DNA from: Bdellovibrionales bacterium | GTDB taxonomy: Bacteria; Bdellovibrionota; Bdellovibrionia; Bdellovibrionales; UBA1609 | Assembly: GCA_041739415.1 (NCBI GenBank) | Contig: JBGSNU010000013.1 | Coordinates: forward strand, 2,029-66,028 | DNA length: 64,000 nucleotides | Reading direction: 5' to 3' | Program-made: the position numbers and the translations under genes | Notes under the pieces: generated by a model | The model's input: only the letters and a program-made list of their open reading frames with translations | Told to the model about the DNA's origin: nothing | Database searches by the model: none | Shown here: positions 27,007 to 37,228 of the stretch, one piece after another | Position numbering within the stretch: the stretch's first letter is position 1 | How the letters are laid out: every line of letters starts with the position of its first letter

Positions 27007-27411
27007 TCAGTCCCAGTTGACTCGACGCCGGGTTTGTTTGACCTCAGCCCGCTGCGACTTTCCTTCACGGCGTTTTTTGATTGAGGAGCGGGTGGGACGG
27101 GTGGCGCGACGAGCTTTTGGGCGAGCTAGAGCCGTGGTTAAGAAGTCCCGAAGTTTTTCAATCACCCGAGCCTTGTTCCGTTCCAAATCCCGATACTCGT
27201 CAGACCTCAGATAAATTTGATTTTCGTTGTTGATACGGTTTACCAGTTTTTCCTGAATGCGCGCCTTTTCATCGGGGCTAAGTCCTTTGGATTCTAAGAA
27301 GTGCCAAAACAACTGTGCGGCTGAAGAAACTTTGTTGACGTTCTGCCCACCTGGTCCGCGACTTCGAATCGCGATGATGACGACTTCACTGGTGATGGTT
27401 TCAAAGTTCAT
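27007..27411 (-). CDS. arfB: alternative ribosome-rescue factor ArfB (peptidyl-tRNA hydrolase, GGQ family)
   Basis: GPGGQNVNKVSSA motif and a basic C-terminal tail. I prefer the ATG at 27411 (MNFETITSE) because the track start at 27486 overlaps the carbonic anhydrase gene. Confidence 0.88.
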   Translation of the reverse strand: MNFETITSEVVIIAIRSRGPGGQNVNKVSSAAQLFWHFLESKGLSPDEKARIQEKLVNRINNENQIYLRSDEYRDLERNKARVIEKLRDFLTTALARPKARRATRPTRSSIKKRREGKSQRAEVKQTRRRVNWD

Positions 27412-27415
27412 AGTT

Positions 27416-28060
27416 TTACAAATCGATGAGCACAAAGCCAGAGTGATCTTCAGCCAACTCGTAGAGCCGACCGGACTCGAGGTCAAAATAAGCGCCGATC
27501 AAGCTGAGGTCGCGCTCACGAATCGCGTCGATGACAAATGGAAAAGTGCGGAGGTTAGAAATGGACTCAATTATGGATTCAAACTCACAGTGCTGACTGA
27601 GTTGATCAAGTGGAGTTGCGGCACCTTCACGCTGAAGTACGCGTTCCTTTGCGGGTTGAGCAATGCGCATCCATTGATCGACAAAGCTCGAGGTGTTGAC
27701 GTGATCACTGCTCATCAAAACGCGAATACCACCGCATTGCCGATGACCCAGCACCACAATATTTTCAACCTTCAAATTTACCACAGCAAATTCAATGGCC
27801 GCGCTCACCCCATGCAGACCTAGCGAAGGGCCCTCATAGGGTGGGACAAGGTTTGCGACATTGCGAACAACAAAGAGTTCACCCGGCGCGGCTGAGGTAA
27901 TTATTGCAGGATCAACCCGCGAGTCGCTGCAGCCGACAATCAGAGTTTTTGGAGATTGGCCGGTGGCCAGATTGCGATAGAAAGAGTTTTCCGGCTCAAA
28001 GTACTTCTCTTTGAACCGGCGAAAGCCCGAAATAAGTCGAATCAGCTCTTTGCGACGCAT
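27416..28060 (-). CDS. beta-class carbonic anhydrase
   Basis: CSDSRV and GHRQCGG zinc-ligand motifs. 214 aa. Confidence 0.92.
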   Translation of the reverse strand: MRRKELIRLISGFRRFKEKYFEPENSFYRNLATGQSPKTLIVGCSDSRVDPAIITSAAPGELFVVRNVANLVPPYEGPSLGLHGVSAAIEFAVVNLKVENIVVLGHRQCGGIRVLMSSDHVNTSSFVDQWMRIAQPAKERVLQREGAATPLDQLSQHCEFESIIESISNLRTFPFVIDAIRERDLSLIGAYFDLESGRLYELAEDHSGFVLIDL

Positions 28061-28121
28061 ACGTGAGAGGGAGATCTAACATAGGTCCCATGCACTTGGA
28101 AGGACTGGGTCCACCTAGCAG

Positions 28122-28394
28122 TTACTTAAGTGCAAACCCGTCACAGGCGGCGATCAGCTCTCGAGTGTGATGCGTGTAGATTTCATATTTAATTGCGCCC
28201 GCCGTGCTCACGCGCTTAATGATGACGTCCTTTACGCGGTCGCGCAGGTCAATCGGGGTTGAATTGGGCATGAGGCAATAGATGGCTTGAAGATTTTTGC
28301 CTGCCGCCACTTCAACTTCAGTGATTTCAGCTTGAGCGGAGGGTAGTGCAAAAGCCAACAGGCTGAGGGCAAGGGCTTGAGTTTGCTTGAACAT
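28122..28394 (-). CDS. small secreted hypothetical protein (90 aa, 2 Cys)
   Basis: Clear signal peptide (LSLLAFALPSAQA). Isolated ORF with its own intergenic spacers. Confidence 0.65.
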   Translation of the reverse strand: MFKQTQALALSLLAFALPSAQAEITEVEVAAGKNLQAIYCLMPNSTPIDLRDRVKDVIIKRVSTAGAIKYEIYTHHTRELIAACDGFALK

Positions 28395-28662
28395 AATTAA
28401 ACTTCCTTTCGTCGGTAGGACGAGTTGCGACTAAATATGTCAGGTTCAGTCGAACTGTGGACCTGAATTGCATGAGTTTGAAAAACTTTTACCGCAGGTA
28501 ACGGAGGGGTGACCCCTTAAACTGACCTTAGGACCAGTTTAAAGCCTCGTGAAAACTGCATTGTCTCAGTTTGGTGCAGAAAGTTCTCAAATTGTGGCAA
28601 CTGTTCAGGAATTGCAATTTTTGCTCTACGAGTCATTGGCGGTTTCCGGTTATCCTTAGAGA

Positions 28663-29343
28663 ATGTTAAAAAGTCCCGTCCACACCTTAGTTGCAGCAGT
28701 GTTTATTTGTCTTTCGTGGTCGTATTCGACGTCTGTTCAAGCGCAAGAGTTCCCGCTTTCAGCCATATTAGAAGACGAAGCTGAGGACGTGGAGGTTTGC
28801 CAAGACTTCATTTGCACTAGGTTGCGTGAAGAAATTCTTGTTGAAGCGTCTAAATGCCGACCGCTAGCCAGCTTTAAGCGACGTCGGATGAAGGTTCGTC
28901 GTAAAATTGCCTCGGACTCCTGCCGATTGTTTCGAGATGACAACCATCGATTCAGCAAGGGCAAATGCTCGGCAGCTGTTCGACAAGCCTGTGAGCGATC
29001 GGGCGTTGATGGTCAGTTCTTAGCGGAGAATGCCTACAATTTGCAAAAGAAGGGCCTGTTGGAGAAGGCGGGCTTCGTCAATATGATTTGGAAGTACGAC
29101 GAGAGTTCGGCTCCACTTGGTTCAATTTTGACTTATGTTGGGGGAGTTGGGCATCGCTATGGCCATATTGAAGTTCGAGTAAACCCCAATCTCTATTGTA
29201 GTGATCACTGCACTGAGCATCCGGTCACAGGAGTGAGTGCGGCAACCAAACGGGGCTATAAACTCGTGGGAATCTATTTGCCGTTTGCAGCCAGTATCCA
29301 AATCTCCGCCTATTCCCAGCCGAATTTGAATCCCACAAACTAA
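28663..29343 (+). CDS. secreted papain-fold (NlpC/P60- or CHAP/Tae-like) amidase candidate
   Basis: Signal peptide. Putative nucleophile context GKCSAAVRQACERSGV is followed about 65 aa later by GSILTYVGG..HRYGHIEVRV. This is the Cys...His spacing seen in cell-wall amidases. Confidence 0.6.
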   Translation: MLKSPVHTLVAAVFICLSWSYSTSVQAQEFPLSAILEDEAEDVEVCQDFICTRLREEILVEASKCRPLASFKRRRMKVRRKIASDSCRLFRDDNHRFSKGKCSAAVRQACERSGVDGQFLAENAYNLQKKGLLEKAGFVNMIWKYDESSAPLGSILTYVGGVGHRYGHIEVRVNPNLYCSDHCTEHPVTGVSAATKRGYKLVGIYLPFAASIQISAYSQPNLNPTN

Positions 29344-29421
29344 GAGTTCTCACAATTGATTTGAGCTGGACCCTATTCTGCGTGAGAATAAAGCCTACGG
29401 AATCACACCGGGAGGCCGAGC

Positions 29422-29901
29422 ATGAACCCAAAAATTAATATTGGTATTGATGAGCCCGCGCGCGAGCAGATAGCCAAAGGGTTGTCGCGACTTCTTGCGG
29501 ACACATACACGCTCTATCTCAAGACCCATAATTTTCATTGGAACGTCACGGGTCCGATGTTCAACACTCTACATGTCATGTTTGAGACGCAGTACACAGA
29601 GCTCGCATTGGCTGTTGATTTGGTGGCTGAACGGATTCGCACCTTGGATGAAATTGCGCCAGGCAGTTACGGCGAGTTTGCTAAGCTCACATCAATAGCT
29701 GAAGCCAAAGGTGGCGTCGTCCAGGCCCAAGAGATGATCGCACAACTGCTTGATGGCAATGAAGCTGTTGCTCGTACGGCTCGGAGTGTGTTCCCCGTGG
29801 CAGATGACGCAGGCGACGAGGCGACTTTGGATCTGCTCACTCAAAGAATCCAATTGCATGAGAAGACCGCGTGGATGCTCCGTTCACTCTTAAAGGATTA
29901 G
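29422..29901 (+). CDS. dps: Dps (DNA starvation/stationary-phase protection protein)
   Basis: [31 protein letters not shown] ferroxidase-centre region. 159 aa. Confidence 0.93.
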   Translation: MNPKINIGIDEPAREQIAKGLSRLLADTYTLYLKTHNFHWNVTGPMFNTLHVMFETQYTELALAVDLVAERIRTLDEIAPGSYGEFAKLTSIAEAKGGVVQAQEMIAQLLDGNEAVARTARSVFPVADDAGDEATLDLLTQRIQLHEKTAWMLRSLLKD

Positions 29902-30173
29902 CCGATGAACTCGGAGCACTTTTGGAGTCGCAAGACTTTGAAGGGGCTGAGGAGCTTTTGCATCGAGCTTTGACCAGTCGTCCAGAGCTATCGCCATTTT
30001 TACATTTTCAGTTGGGCCGAGTTTATGTTCAGTGGAATAAAATGAGCTCGGCTCTCCTCCATTTGGGCCAAGCCGCCGAAATGGCACAACTCAAACAAGA
30101 TGAAATGCTGTTGTTTCAGATTTTGGAAGAGTTTCGCAAAGCCAAAAGTTTTCAGTTGGCTCAGCGCCCTTAA
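29871..30173 (+). CDS. small TPR-like hypothetical protein (start uncertain)
   Basis: Helical 100-aa ORF. The track GTG start overlaps the dps 3-prime end by 31 nt, and an in-frame TTG near 29922 is an alternative start. Confidence 0.45.
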   Translation: MDAPFTLKGLADELGALLESQDFEGAEELLHRALTSRPELSPFLHFQLGRVYVQWNKMSSALLHLGQAAEMAQLKQDEMLLFQILEEFRKAKSFQLAQRP

Positions 30174-30343
30174 ACTCTGCCTCGTAGTTTGCGGGGATTT
30201 TTGGGAGCTACGCGGTGAATTTGACCGATTGGCTACTCCACGGTTGCTCTGTTGTACGTTCTCCTTACATTTTACCTTGGCGACGATCTTGCAAAGTTAG
30301 GGAGATGTATAAGTGCAATCAATCAGCCTGGGAGGGTAAAACT

Positions 30344-30904
30344 ATGACTCATAAATTACTTATTGCCGCAATATTTGGCATGTCGCTGAATGCAGTGGCG
30401 CAAGATGAAGTGGGAACTTCGGAATCTCCATTTGTCGAACCACGCGCAACGTCTGACTACAAACCATCGGTGGGAGTGAAACTCGGGATGGCCAATCCAG
30501 AGGGCAGTTTCAACTCTGGCTTAGGGTACGGTGTTGAGGCGGCTTACCAGCCGTATTTGCCATTTGGTCTTGGAGCCGAGCTGAGTGGGCAAGTGAATGA
30601 GGGTAAAGGGTTGCAGGCGCCTCTCACTCGAACAATGCTGCTCGCGAAGGGCATGTACAACTTCGGCGGAACTTTGCCGGTTATACGCAATAGCTATGTC
30701 GGCGGAGCGCTTGGTCCTGTTTGGGACAATATCAACAGCCAGAGCTCGGTTGAATTGGGTGCCGGTCCACAACTAGGATTCGATATTCCTATTGGAGCTT
30801 TAGAGGGCGCATACACCTTGGGTGCGAACGCCACCTACCTGTTTATCAGCGGCGAAAAAGCTGACTCGTTAACCGCAAGTGCAGTGGTCAAGCGTTGGTT
30901 CTAA
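30344..30904 (+). CDS. small outer-membrane beta-barrel protein (OmpW/OmpA-N-like)
   Basis: ATG at 30344 after GGGAGGG. It has a signal peptide ([13 protein letters not shown]), Gly/aromatic-rich alternating strands, and a C-terminal ...VVKRWF. Confidence 0.8.
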   Translation: MTHKLLIAAIFGMSLNAVAQDEVGTSESPFVEPRATSDYKPSVGVKLGMANPEGSFNSGLGYGVEAAYQPYLPFGLGAELSGQVNEGKGLQAPLTRTMLLAKGMYNFGGTLPVIRNSYVGGALGPVWDNINSQSSVELGAGPQLGFDIPIGALEGAYTLGANATYLFISGEKADSLTASAVVKRWF

Positions 30905-32127
30905 GTTTTCCAACGCTCTTTTAAATTTCTGTCAATTGCGTCAAGGAAGTCCTCGGTAAATAAATACTGCGACTCTTTGACGTGACTGCCAAAAGCGAGC
31001 ATCGCCAAATCTTTCGTCATCTTGCCGCTCTCGACGGTCGCCACACAAACACTCTCAAGAGTTTCTGCAAAGCGAATTAAATCAGGATTTGCGTCCAATT
31101 TGCCGCGGAATGCGAGACCTCGGGTCCAGGCAAAAATAGATGCAATGGGGTTGGTCGAAGTGCGTTGCCCTTTTTGATGTTGTCGAAAGTGGCGTGTCAC
31201 TGTTCCATGAGCGGCTTCAGATTCCATGGTTTTTCCATCGGGCGTGATCAGCACGGATGTCATTAAACCGAGGGAGCCAAACCCTTGGGCGACGGTATCG
31301 GATTGAACGTCACCATCGTAGTTTTTGCAGGCCCAAACAAAGTCACCACTCCACTTGAGGGCGGATGCGACCATGTCATCGATTAACCGATGCTCATAGG
31401 TGATTCCAGCCTCTTGGTATTTTGTTTTGAATTCCGTTTCATATATTTCGTGAAAGATGTCTTTAAAGCGTCCATCGTATTTTTTGAGAATGGTGTTCTT
31501 AGTGGAGAGGTAGAGCGGCCACTTCTTCATTAAGGCGACATTGAAGCAGCTACGGGCAAAGCCAGTGATAGATTCGTCGGTATTGTACATGGCCATGGCC
31601 ACGCCGTCGCCCTTGAAGTTGTACACTTCAAAGGACTGAGGCTCGCCGCTGTCTGGCGTGTAAGTGATTGTCAGCTTGCCTTTGCCTTTGGTGACGAAGT
31701 CAGTGGCTCGGTATTGATCTCCGAAGGCGTGCCGGCCAATACAAATAGGCTTTGTCCAACCCGGAACCAAGCGGGGAATATTTTTGCACAAAATGGGCTC
31801 ACGAAACACTGTCCCGTCCAAAATGTTTCGGATGGTTCCATTTGGTGACTTCCACATCTGCTTGAGTTTGAACTCTTTCACGCGCTCTTCATCCGGCGTG
31901 ATCGTGGCACACTTTACGCCCACCCCGTATTTACGGATGGCTTCGGCGGCATCTATGGTGACCTTGTCTTCAGTCTTGTCTCGATACTCAATTCCTAAAT
32001 CATAATATTTCAGATCTATTTCTAAATACGGCAGGATCAATTTGTCTTTGATGAACTGCCAAATGATCCGTGTCATTTCGTCGCCATCGAGCTCAACAAC
32101 CGGGTTTTTAACGACAATTTTTTTCAT
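30901..32127 (-). CDS. icd: NADP-dependent isocitrate dehydrogenase (type II, eukaryote-like 408 aa form)
   Basis: N-terminal [14 protein letters not shown] and [11 protein letters not shown]...[10 protein letters not shown], diagnostic of the dimeric type II IDH subfamily. Confidence 0.95.
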   Translation of the reverse strand: MKKIVVKNPVVELDGDEMTRIIWQFIKDKLILPYLEIDLKYYDLGIEYRDKTEDKVTIDAAEAIRKYGVGVKCATITPDEERVKEFKLKQMWKSPNGTIRNILDGTVFREPILCKNIPRLVPGWTKPICIGRHAFGDQYRATDFVTKGKGKLTITYTPDSGEPQSFEVYNFKGDGVAMAMYNTDESITGFARSCFNVALMKKWPLYLSTKNTILKKYDGRFKDIFHEIYETEFKTKYQEAGITYEHRLIDDMVASALKWSGDFVWACKNYDGDVQSDTVAQGFGSLGLMTSVLITPDGKTMESEAAHGTVTRHFRQHQKGQRTSTNPIASIFAWTRGLAFRGKLDANPDLIRFAETLESVCVATVESGKMTKDLAMLAFGSHVKESQYLFTEDFLDAIDRNLKERWKT

Positions 32128-32182
32128 ATAAACTCCTACGTGTGAACCTGATTGTTGGATCTTCTTAGTATGCCGTCAACCG

Positions 32183-32587
32183 CTATCGATTGGAGCGAAG
32201 CGAGTCGCGAATTTCTCTGAGCAGCAAAATGTCTTCAGCAGTAGCTGCAGGGGCAGGGGCAGCATCGGGCTTTCGCTTGAGCCGATTCATGGCCTGAATC
32301 ACCACAAATAGGGCCCAGGCAACGATGATAAAGTTCACTGTGTTTTGCAAAAACAATCCATACCCAATGGCGACTTCACCTTTGCCGTCGGCGCCAGCGG
32401 CTTGAATCACTAATTTGAGTTCAGAAAAATCCACTCCACCGATGATGAGTCCAATCGGAGGCATAAGAATATTGTCCACCAAAGAGGCGACAATTTTACC
32501 AAATGCTGCGCCGATAATAACCCCAACGGCCAGATCGACCACATTGCCCTTCATTGCAAAATCTCTGAATTCTCTAATCACATTCAT
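32183..32587 (-). CDS. mscL: large-conductance mechanosensitive channel
   Basis: FRDFAMKGNVVDLAVGVIIGAAFGKIV N-terminus with two TM segments. 134 aa. Confidence 0.95.
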   Translation of the reverse strand: MNVIREFRDFAMKGNVVDLAVGVIIGAAFGKIVASLVDNILMPPIGLIIGGVDFSELKLVIQAAGADGKGEVAIGYGLFLQNTVNFIIVAWALFVVIQAMNRLKRKPDAAPAPAATAEDILLLREIRDSLRSNR

Positions 32588-32620
32588 ATAGACTCTTTTC
32601 TGTCAGGGAGTTTTGCCGAG

Positions 32621-33667
32621 CTATAACAGCGTTTGATTAATGTTGAGCACCATCATGTGGATTTGCTGGGCTGGTACCTGGAGCTGTGGCTGAATTTTGA
32701 GTTTGTAGTCATAGCCCAACGACGCCCAGTCATTGATTTTCGATGACAGTTTGGCGTAGCCGTCGACGTTCGTAAGCCCAATGGCATCGCGATCATCAAA
32801 TGTTTGCTTGTTGTTGATGAAGGGAGTGAGAGTCTCAACACCGATTTCATACGACGATTGCTCCTGGATCTTACCCTTTGCAGAGAGACCCAACTCCAGA
32901 CCCGCTTGATTGACGTCGGTGAGTTCTACGACGACGATTTCACCGGCAGCATTGGTTTCCTGTACCGATAGCTGTCTATTCGCAGCGACTTGCAGAGCAC
33001 CAAAACCTGAGCGCGCTTCAATCTTAAGGCGAGGATCATTGACGGCTTTCCAAAGGACACCGACCCCCTCTTTAGTGGTCAGCGGTCGAAAGCCATCGGT
33101 GAGCCGCAGGCTTGTACCTGTGACGAGCTGTGCTCCGGCGGGGCGGTTGGTCAACCGATAGACTGACGAGGTTGCCCGCACGTCTTCGCCCTTAAAGATG
33201 GGAGCGGACGCTTCGCCGCGAACATACGGAGCCAGGGTTGGGAAGCTGGGGATAGGGAACAAATAGATGGACTCAAGTTTGGCTTCATCATTTGACTTGA
33301 TGTAGCGCGGAATACTTGGAGTGCGAGTCGTCGCGCCGAGCAAAGTCAAAGCGTTGCGCCACTCGTCTCGCTCTGACAGATGGTTGAGTGTTCCTTTTAA
33401 GTTTGTCCCGTAGGTGTGGCTCGAGCCATCTGTTTGTCCTACTACGGATTCACTTGAACTCAGCGCCAAATTCACGCCCAGAATCGCCGTCTTTGACCAG
33501 CCCATGACAGGCGGAGCATCGGTTTGAGCTGGATCACGCAACGTGGGCGCTGCGGCAGGTGTAGGCACAGGCGGAGGCAAAGTGGGTGTCTGGGCCAGTG
33601 CGTTCCAGGCAGAGAGGCATAGACTGGAGATGACAACGAGTCGGCTAAAAAATAGCGATGCTTGCAT
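32621..33667 (-). CDS. secreted/outer-membrane beta-barrel-like hypothetical protein
   Basis: Signal peptide, a Pro/Thr/Ala linker, then a long beta-rich region with alternating hydrophobicity. Confidence 0.7.
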   Translation of the reverse strand: MQASLFFSRLVVISSLCLSAWNALAQTPTLPPPVPTPAAAPTLRDPAQTDAPPVMGWSKTAILGVNLALSSSESVVGQTDGSSHTYGTNLKGTLNHLSERDEWRNALTLLGATTRTPSIPRYIKSNDEAKLESIYLFPIPSFPTLAPYVRGEASAPIFKGEDVRATSSVYRLTNRPAGAQLVTGTSLRLTDGFRPLTTKEGVGVLWKAVNDPRLKIEARSGFGALQVAANRQLSVQETNAAGEIVVVELTDVNQAGLELGLSAKGKIQEQSSYEIGVETLTPFINNKQTFDDRDAIGLTNVDGYAKLSSKINDWASLGYDYKLKIQPQLQVPAQQIHMMVLNINQTLL

Positions 33668-33786
33668 GATCGAGAGTCTCCCAAAATTCAGAGTTTAGGT
33701 GTTCGTGTTATGTTGGGAGGAAGAATGTGTCAAGCGTCGACCCTCGCGACAGTTGACGAGCTACACCATTCTTGCGACAAGAATTC

Positions 33787-34650
33787 ATGTCAATTGTTAT
33801 CCAGACGCAAAAACTTTCTCGCTCGTATGAGACCTATCAACGGCAAGAGGGTGGCTGGAATGTGGTTAAGGGATTTTTCAACCGGCAGGTCCAAGTCAAG
33901 TATGCCCTGAAGCCCACTGACCTTGCCATTGAAGCGGGACAAATTGTCGGTCTGGTCGGAGCGAACGGGGCTGGAAAAACCACTTTGCTAAAAATTCTCT
34001 CAGGACTGATTTGTCCAACGGGAGGAGAAGTCAAAGTCTTGGGTTTCAATCCGTTTGATCGCAAAGCCGATTTTCTGAGACAGATCTCCATATTATTAGG
34101 GCAAAAGGCCCAACTCTGGTGGGATCTCCCTGCCGCGGACAGCTTCAATCTGCTCGCGAGCATTTACGGTTTGGACAAGGCTCAAGCCAAGAAAGATTGG
34201 CTGAGCTTGGCTGAGCGGCTGCGATGCACAGATCAGCTGCACACGCAGTTGCGGAGACTCTCTTTAGGCGAGCGAATGAAAATGGAGATCATCGGCAGTT
34301 TGTTGCATCGACCTCGGGTTTTATTTTTAGACGAACCCACCATAGGTTTAGATGTGCTGGCACAAAAAACCATCCGAAATTTTTTAACGGAGTATGTGAA
34401 CGAATATCGACCGACGATTATTTTAACGAGTCACTACATGGACGATATTTCTCAGCTGGCCAATCGACTCTTGCTGATCAGCCAAGGAACACTGGTATTC
34501 GATGGCGCCTTGAGTGAATTCGTCCGTTACGCTGAGCTGCAACTCAATTTGGATATCAAGAGCGAGGAAACTAATTTTGAAGAGGTTATTCACAAATTTT
34601 TTGAGAAGGAATCTGGCGGCGGCCAAAATCGCCATCCTATCTCAAACTGA
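33787..34650 (+). CDS. ABC transporter ATP-binding protein (ABC-2 type)
   Basis: Walker A GANGAGKTT, signature LSLGERMK, and Walker B LFLDEPT. I prefer the ATG at 33787 over the TTG at 33772. Confidence 0.9.
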   Translation: MSIVIQTQKLSRSYETYQRQEGGWNVVKGFFNRQVQVKYALKPTDLAIEAGQIVGLVGANGAGKTTLLKILSGLICPTGGEVKVLGFNPFDRKADFLRQISILLGQKAQLWWDLPAADSFNLLASIYGLDKAQAKKDWLSLAERLRCTDQLHTQLRRLSLGERMKMEIIGSLLHRPRVLFLDEPTIGLDVLAQKTIRNFLTEYVNEYRPTIILTSHYMDDISQLANRLLLISQGTLVFDGALSEFVRYAELQLNLDIKSEETNFEEVIHKFFEKESGGGQNRHPISN

Positions 34651-35395
34651 GTACCGCTTCAATTTTGCCGTCGATGTCGTTATTCAGCCCATGGTCTCTA
34701 CGGCAATTGAAGTGACAATTTGGATGGCCCTTCTCTCGGGAATGGGGCTTGAGACTCTCGGAGGATTTGGGCGGGAGTCCTATTTGGCCTACGCGCTTTG
34801 GGCAACCTTCATTGGCCGCATCACGACCTCTTGGATGTACGAGTTTCAGATGATGGAACAAATCGATACAGGGCGTATCAATGGATTGCTCACGCGACCC
34901 ATCTCTTTTTATGAGTTTTATCTGTCACAATTTATGGGTTATAAACTGATTTGCATTGTTTTTTCACTTGGACTGCCGATACTCGCCTGCTGGATCTTTT
35001 CGGCGCCACTCCACTTAGACCGCTTGCCACTGGTTCTTTTGATGTTGCTTTATTTCTTAGTATTCGTTCACACACTTTCGTTCACTGTGGCCTGCATGGC
35101 GTTTTTCCTCAACCGCATCTACTCCTTCACTCCAATTAAAAATCTTTTGATCTGGGTGCTAGCGGGAGAGTTGATTCCGCTCGATCTGTATCCAGAGCCT
35201 ATCCGCAGTTGGCTTTTGCTGTCGCCGTTTGCGGCCGGAGTCTACTATCCCGTCAGTTATCTCACTGGACGGATTGGCACCGAGGCGTTTCTGCAGAGCT
35301 TCACTGGCATCACCATTGGCCTGGTCGTAACAGGGCTCTTGGCGCGCGTGATCTGGTTGCGCGGACTACGAGTTTACACCGGGACGGGTGCATGA
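34601..35395 (+). CDS. ABC-2 family transporter permease
   Basis: Multi-TM protein in an ORF open from 34514. A plausible TTG start at 34601 lies just before the ATPase stop, but the start is uncertain. Confidence 0.75.
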   Translation: MRRNLAAAKIAILSQTEYRFNFAVDVVIQPMVSTAIEVTIWMALLSGMGLETLGGFGRESYLAYALWATFIGRITTSWMYEFQMMEQIDTGRINGLLTRPISFYEFYLSQFMGYKLICIVFSLGLPILACWIFSAPLHLDRLPLVLLMLLYFLVFVHTLSFTVACMAFFLNRIYSFTPIKNLLIWVLAGELIPLDLYPEPIRSWLLLSPFAAGVYYPVSYLTGRIGTEAFLQSFTGITIGLVVTGLLARVIWLRGLRVYTGTGA

Positions 35396-36180
35396 TGCGT
35401 TACCTAAAACTCTGGTGCAGTTTTTTAAAAATGAGCGCAATGGCCGACCTAGAATATCGAACGAATATCGTCGCGCGCGTGATCGGAGAGTTTGGCTGGT
35501 ACACCTTGCAGTTGAGTGTGTTTGAGGTTCTTTACACCCACACCACAAGTATTTCGGGGTGGGATGTGCACTCCATGCGCGTTTTCATGGGGACACTATT
35601 TTTAACGGATGTCGTTTATATGATCTTATTTGCAGAAAATATGGACAACATCGCGGCCATGGTAAAAAAAGGCGATCTAGATCTGTATTTGACTAAGCCG
35701 GTGAACTCGCAGTTTATGTTGAGCCTACGCAAGGTTTCGATCTCTTATTTTATAAACTTAATATGTATATTAGTCTATTTATTTTGGGCCATCCATCGGT
35801 TGTCGACGCCGGTCACCGTCCCGCAGGTTGGTGGGTATCTACTTTTGGCGGTGTGTGGCGTAGTTATTGTCTACTCTTGTCGCTTTCTCTTTGCGACGCT
35901 GTCCGTGGTGCTGCAGGACGCTGGCAACATGCAATTTGTTTGGCATCAAATCTATCGCCTATCCACCCGGCCGGATCCAATTTATCCAAAAATATTGCGC
36001 GCCTTGGTGTTTACTTTGATTCCGGTTGCCTTTGCCTCGAGTGTGCCCGCTCGTATCCTCATCGAGGGGGTGGATCTGCGCCTGTTGGCTGCCGCTCCAT
36101 GTGTCGCTGCGGGCTTTCTCTGGCTATCGCACCGACTTTGGAATCGAGCCTTGCGACACTACAGCTCTGCCAGTAGTTAA
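35392..36180 (+). CDS. ABC-2 family transporter permease (second subunit)
   Basis: ATGA overlap with the preceding permease (MMRYLKLW...). Multi-TM. The track start at 35209 is an out-of-context extension inside the previous gene. Confidence 0.8.
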   Translation: MMRYLKLWCSFLKMSAMADLEYRTNIVARVIGEFGWYTLQLSVFEVLYTHTTSISGWDVHSMRVFMGTLFLTDVVYMILFAENMDNIAAMVKKGDLDLYLTKPVNSQFMLSLRKVSISYFINLICILVYLFWAIHRLSTPVTVPQVGGYLLLAVCGVVIVYSCRFLFATLSVVLQDAGNMQFVWHQIYRLSTRPDPIYPKILRALVFTLIPVAFASSVPARILIEGVDLRLLAAAPCVAAGFLWLSHRLWNRALRHYSSASS

Positions 36181-36286
36181 GAGCCAACCCTTAGCTCGGC
36201 GCCATTCGGTGGATCCACAATGCCCCTCGGCTTGCTTAACCAAGGGGCGGCCATTAGACTAAGCTCTGAAGTCGAAGGAGGCTCAA

Positions 36287-37228
36287 ATGCCAAGCAGTAT
36301 CTCAAGTCCTCGGTGGTTGGTCGCGGTTGATCCGTTTTCAGATATGGATCAGGTGATTGTGCGGCAGATTGTGCAGACGTTAGAGCAAAAAATTGGAAAT
36401 GCGGTCTCACCTACGCAAATCGAGCTCACATATGTTTTGGCGCCCGCAAGCTTCAATTGGAGTGGCGACTTCAATGGCAATTGGTTTGAAAAATATCAGC
36501 CCATGGCGCGGGCGAAGTTAGAGTTGTACTTGCCGAGTATGGATGCAAAGAGAACTGTGCTGACATGTCAGGAGTCAGGCGTTCGAGCCTCTGTCCATAC
36601 GCTGGTTGAGTATGCAAAAAAATCAAAGGTGAATGGAATTGTTGTAAGCACGCATGCCCGCAAAGGCCTAGAGCGGATGGCGCTCGGGAGCTTTGCCGAG
36701 ACTCTTATTTTGGCAAGCCCTGTGTCTGTGTTGGTTTTAAATCCCCTTCAGCAGGCTCCAGTAAATATTCAAAAACTTTTGGTCCCGCTAGATCTGTCTC
36801 AACCTAGTGACGAATACATCAGTGCAGTCACCCAGTTGGCAAAAAGCTTAAAGGCTGAAGTCACCTTGTTTTATAAACAAGCGGACTTGCTCGACCCGAT
36901 TGTGCAACAGGGAGTTTACTCTTTAGGTGGTGGTTGGATTAGCGTGCAGGATTACGTCAACACTGAGATGGCCAGCTATTTGAAGGTGATGGAGAAGTAC
37001 GAGGTCGAGATGCGACGAGAGGGTGTGGTCTGTAATCATACCGTGGATTCGTCACCTGAGGGTCTATTGCCTAGCATAATCAAGGCTGCAAACACTTGTA
37101 ACGCTGGAATGATCACGGTCTTGAGTCGATCGGGTGCGCTAAGTACGGTGCTTTTGGGAAGTGTGGCGCGAGGTTTAGTTCGAACTTCGCCCGTGCCTGT
37201 TATGGTTCTTCGTGAAGGAGTAAAATGA
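36287..37228 (+). CDS. universal stress protein (tandem Usp domains)
   Basis: Two Usp-like halves, each ending in a G..G(9)G(S/T)-like motif (HARKGLERMALGSFAE; LSRSGALSTVLLGSVARGLV..SPVPVMVL). AGGAGG RBS. Confidence 0.85.
   Translation: MPSSISSPRWLVAVDPFSDMDQVIVRQIVQTLEQKIGNAVSPTQIELTYVLAPASFNWSGDFNGNWFEKYQPMARAKLELYLPSMDAKRTVLTCQESGVRASVHTLVEYAKKSKVNGIVVSTHARKGLERMALGSFAETLILASPVSVLVLNPLQQAPVNIQKLLVPLDLSQPSDEYISAVTQLAKSLKAEVTLFYKQADLLDPIVQQGVYSLGGGWISVQDYVNTEMASYLKVMEKYEVEMRREGVVCNHTVDSSPEGLLPSIIKAANTCNAGMITVLSRSGALSTVLLGSVARGLVRTSPVPVMVLREGVK

Noticed and set aside
28595-28616. TGGCAA...TTGCA resembling a sigma-54 promoter upstream of the amidase-like gene
   Set aside because: The spacing from the first G of GG to the G of GC is 18 nt here, against 12 nt in the TGGCAC-N5-TTGC consensus.
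35209-35391. Long N-terminal extensions proposed by the ORF track (for example 35209, 27486, 49110, 47826, 41456, 10702, 7534, 30215)
   Set aside because: Each extension overlaps the preceding gene or adds non-homologous sequence ahead of a conserved N-terminus. Internal ATG or TTG starts with RBS or ATGA coupling fit better. Start choices remain inferences.
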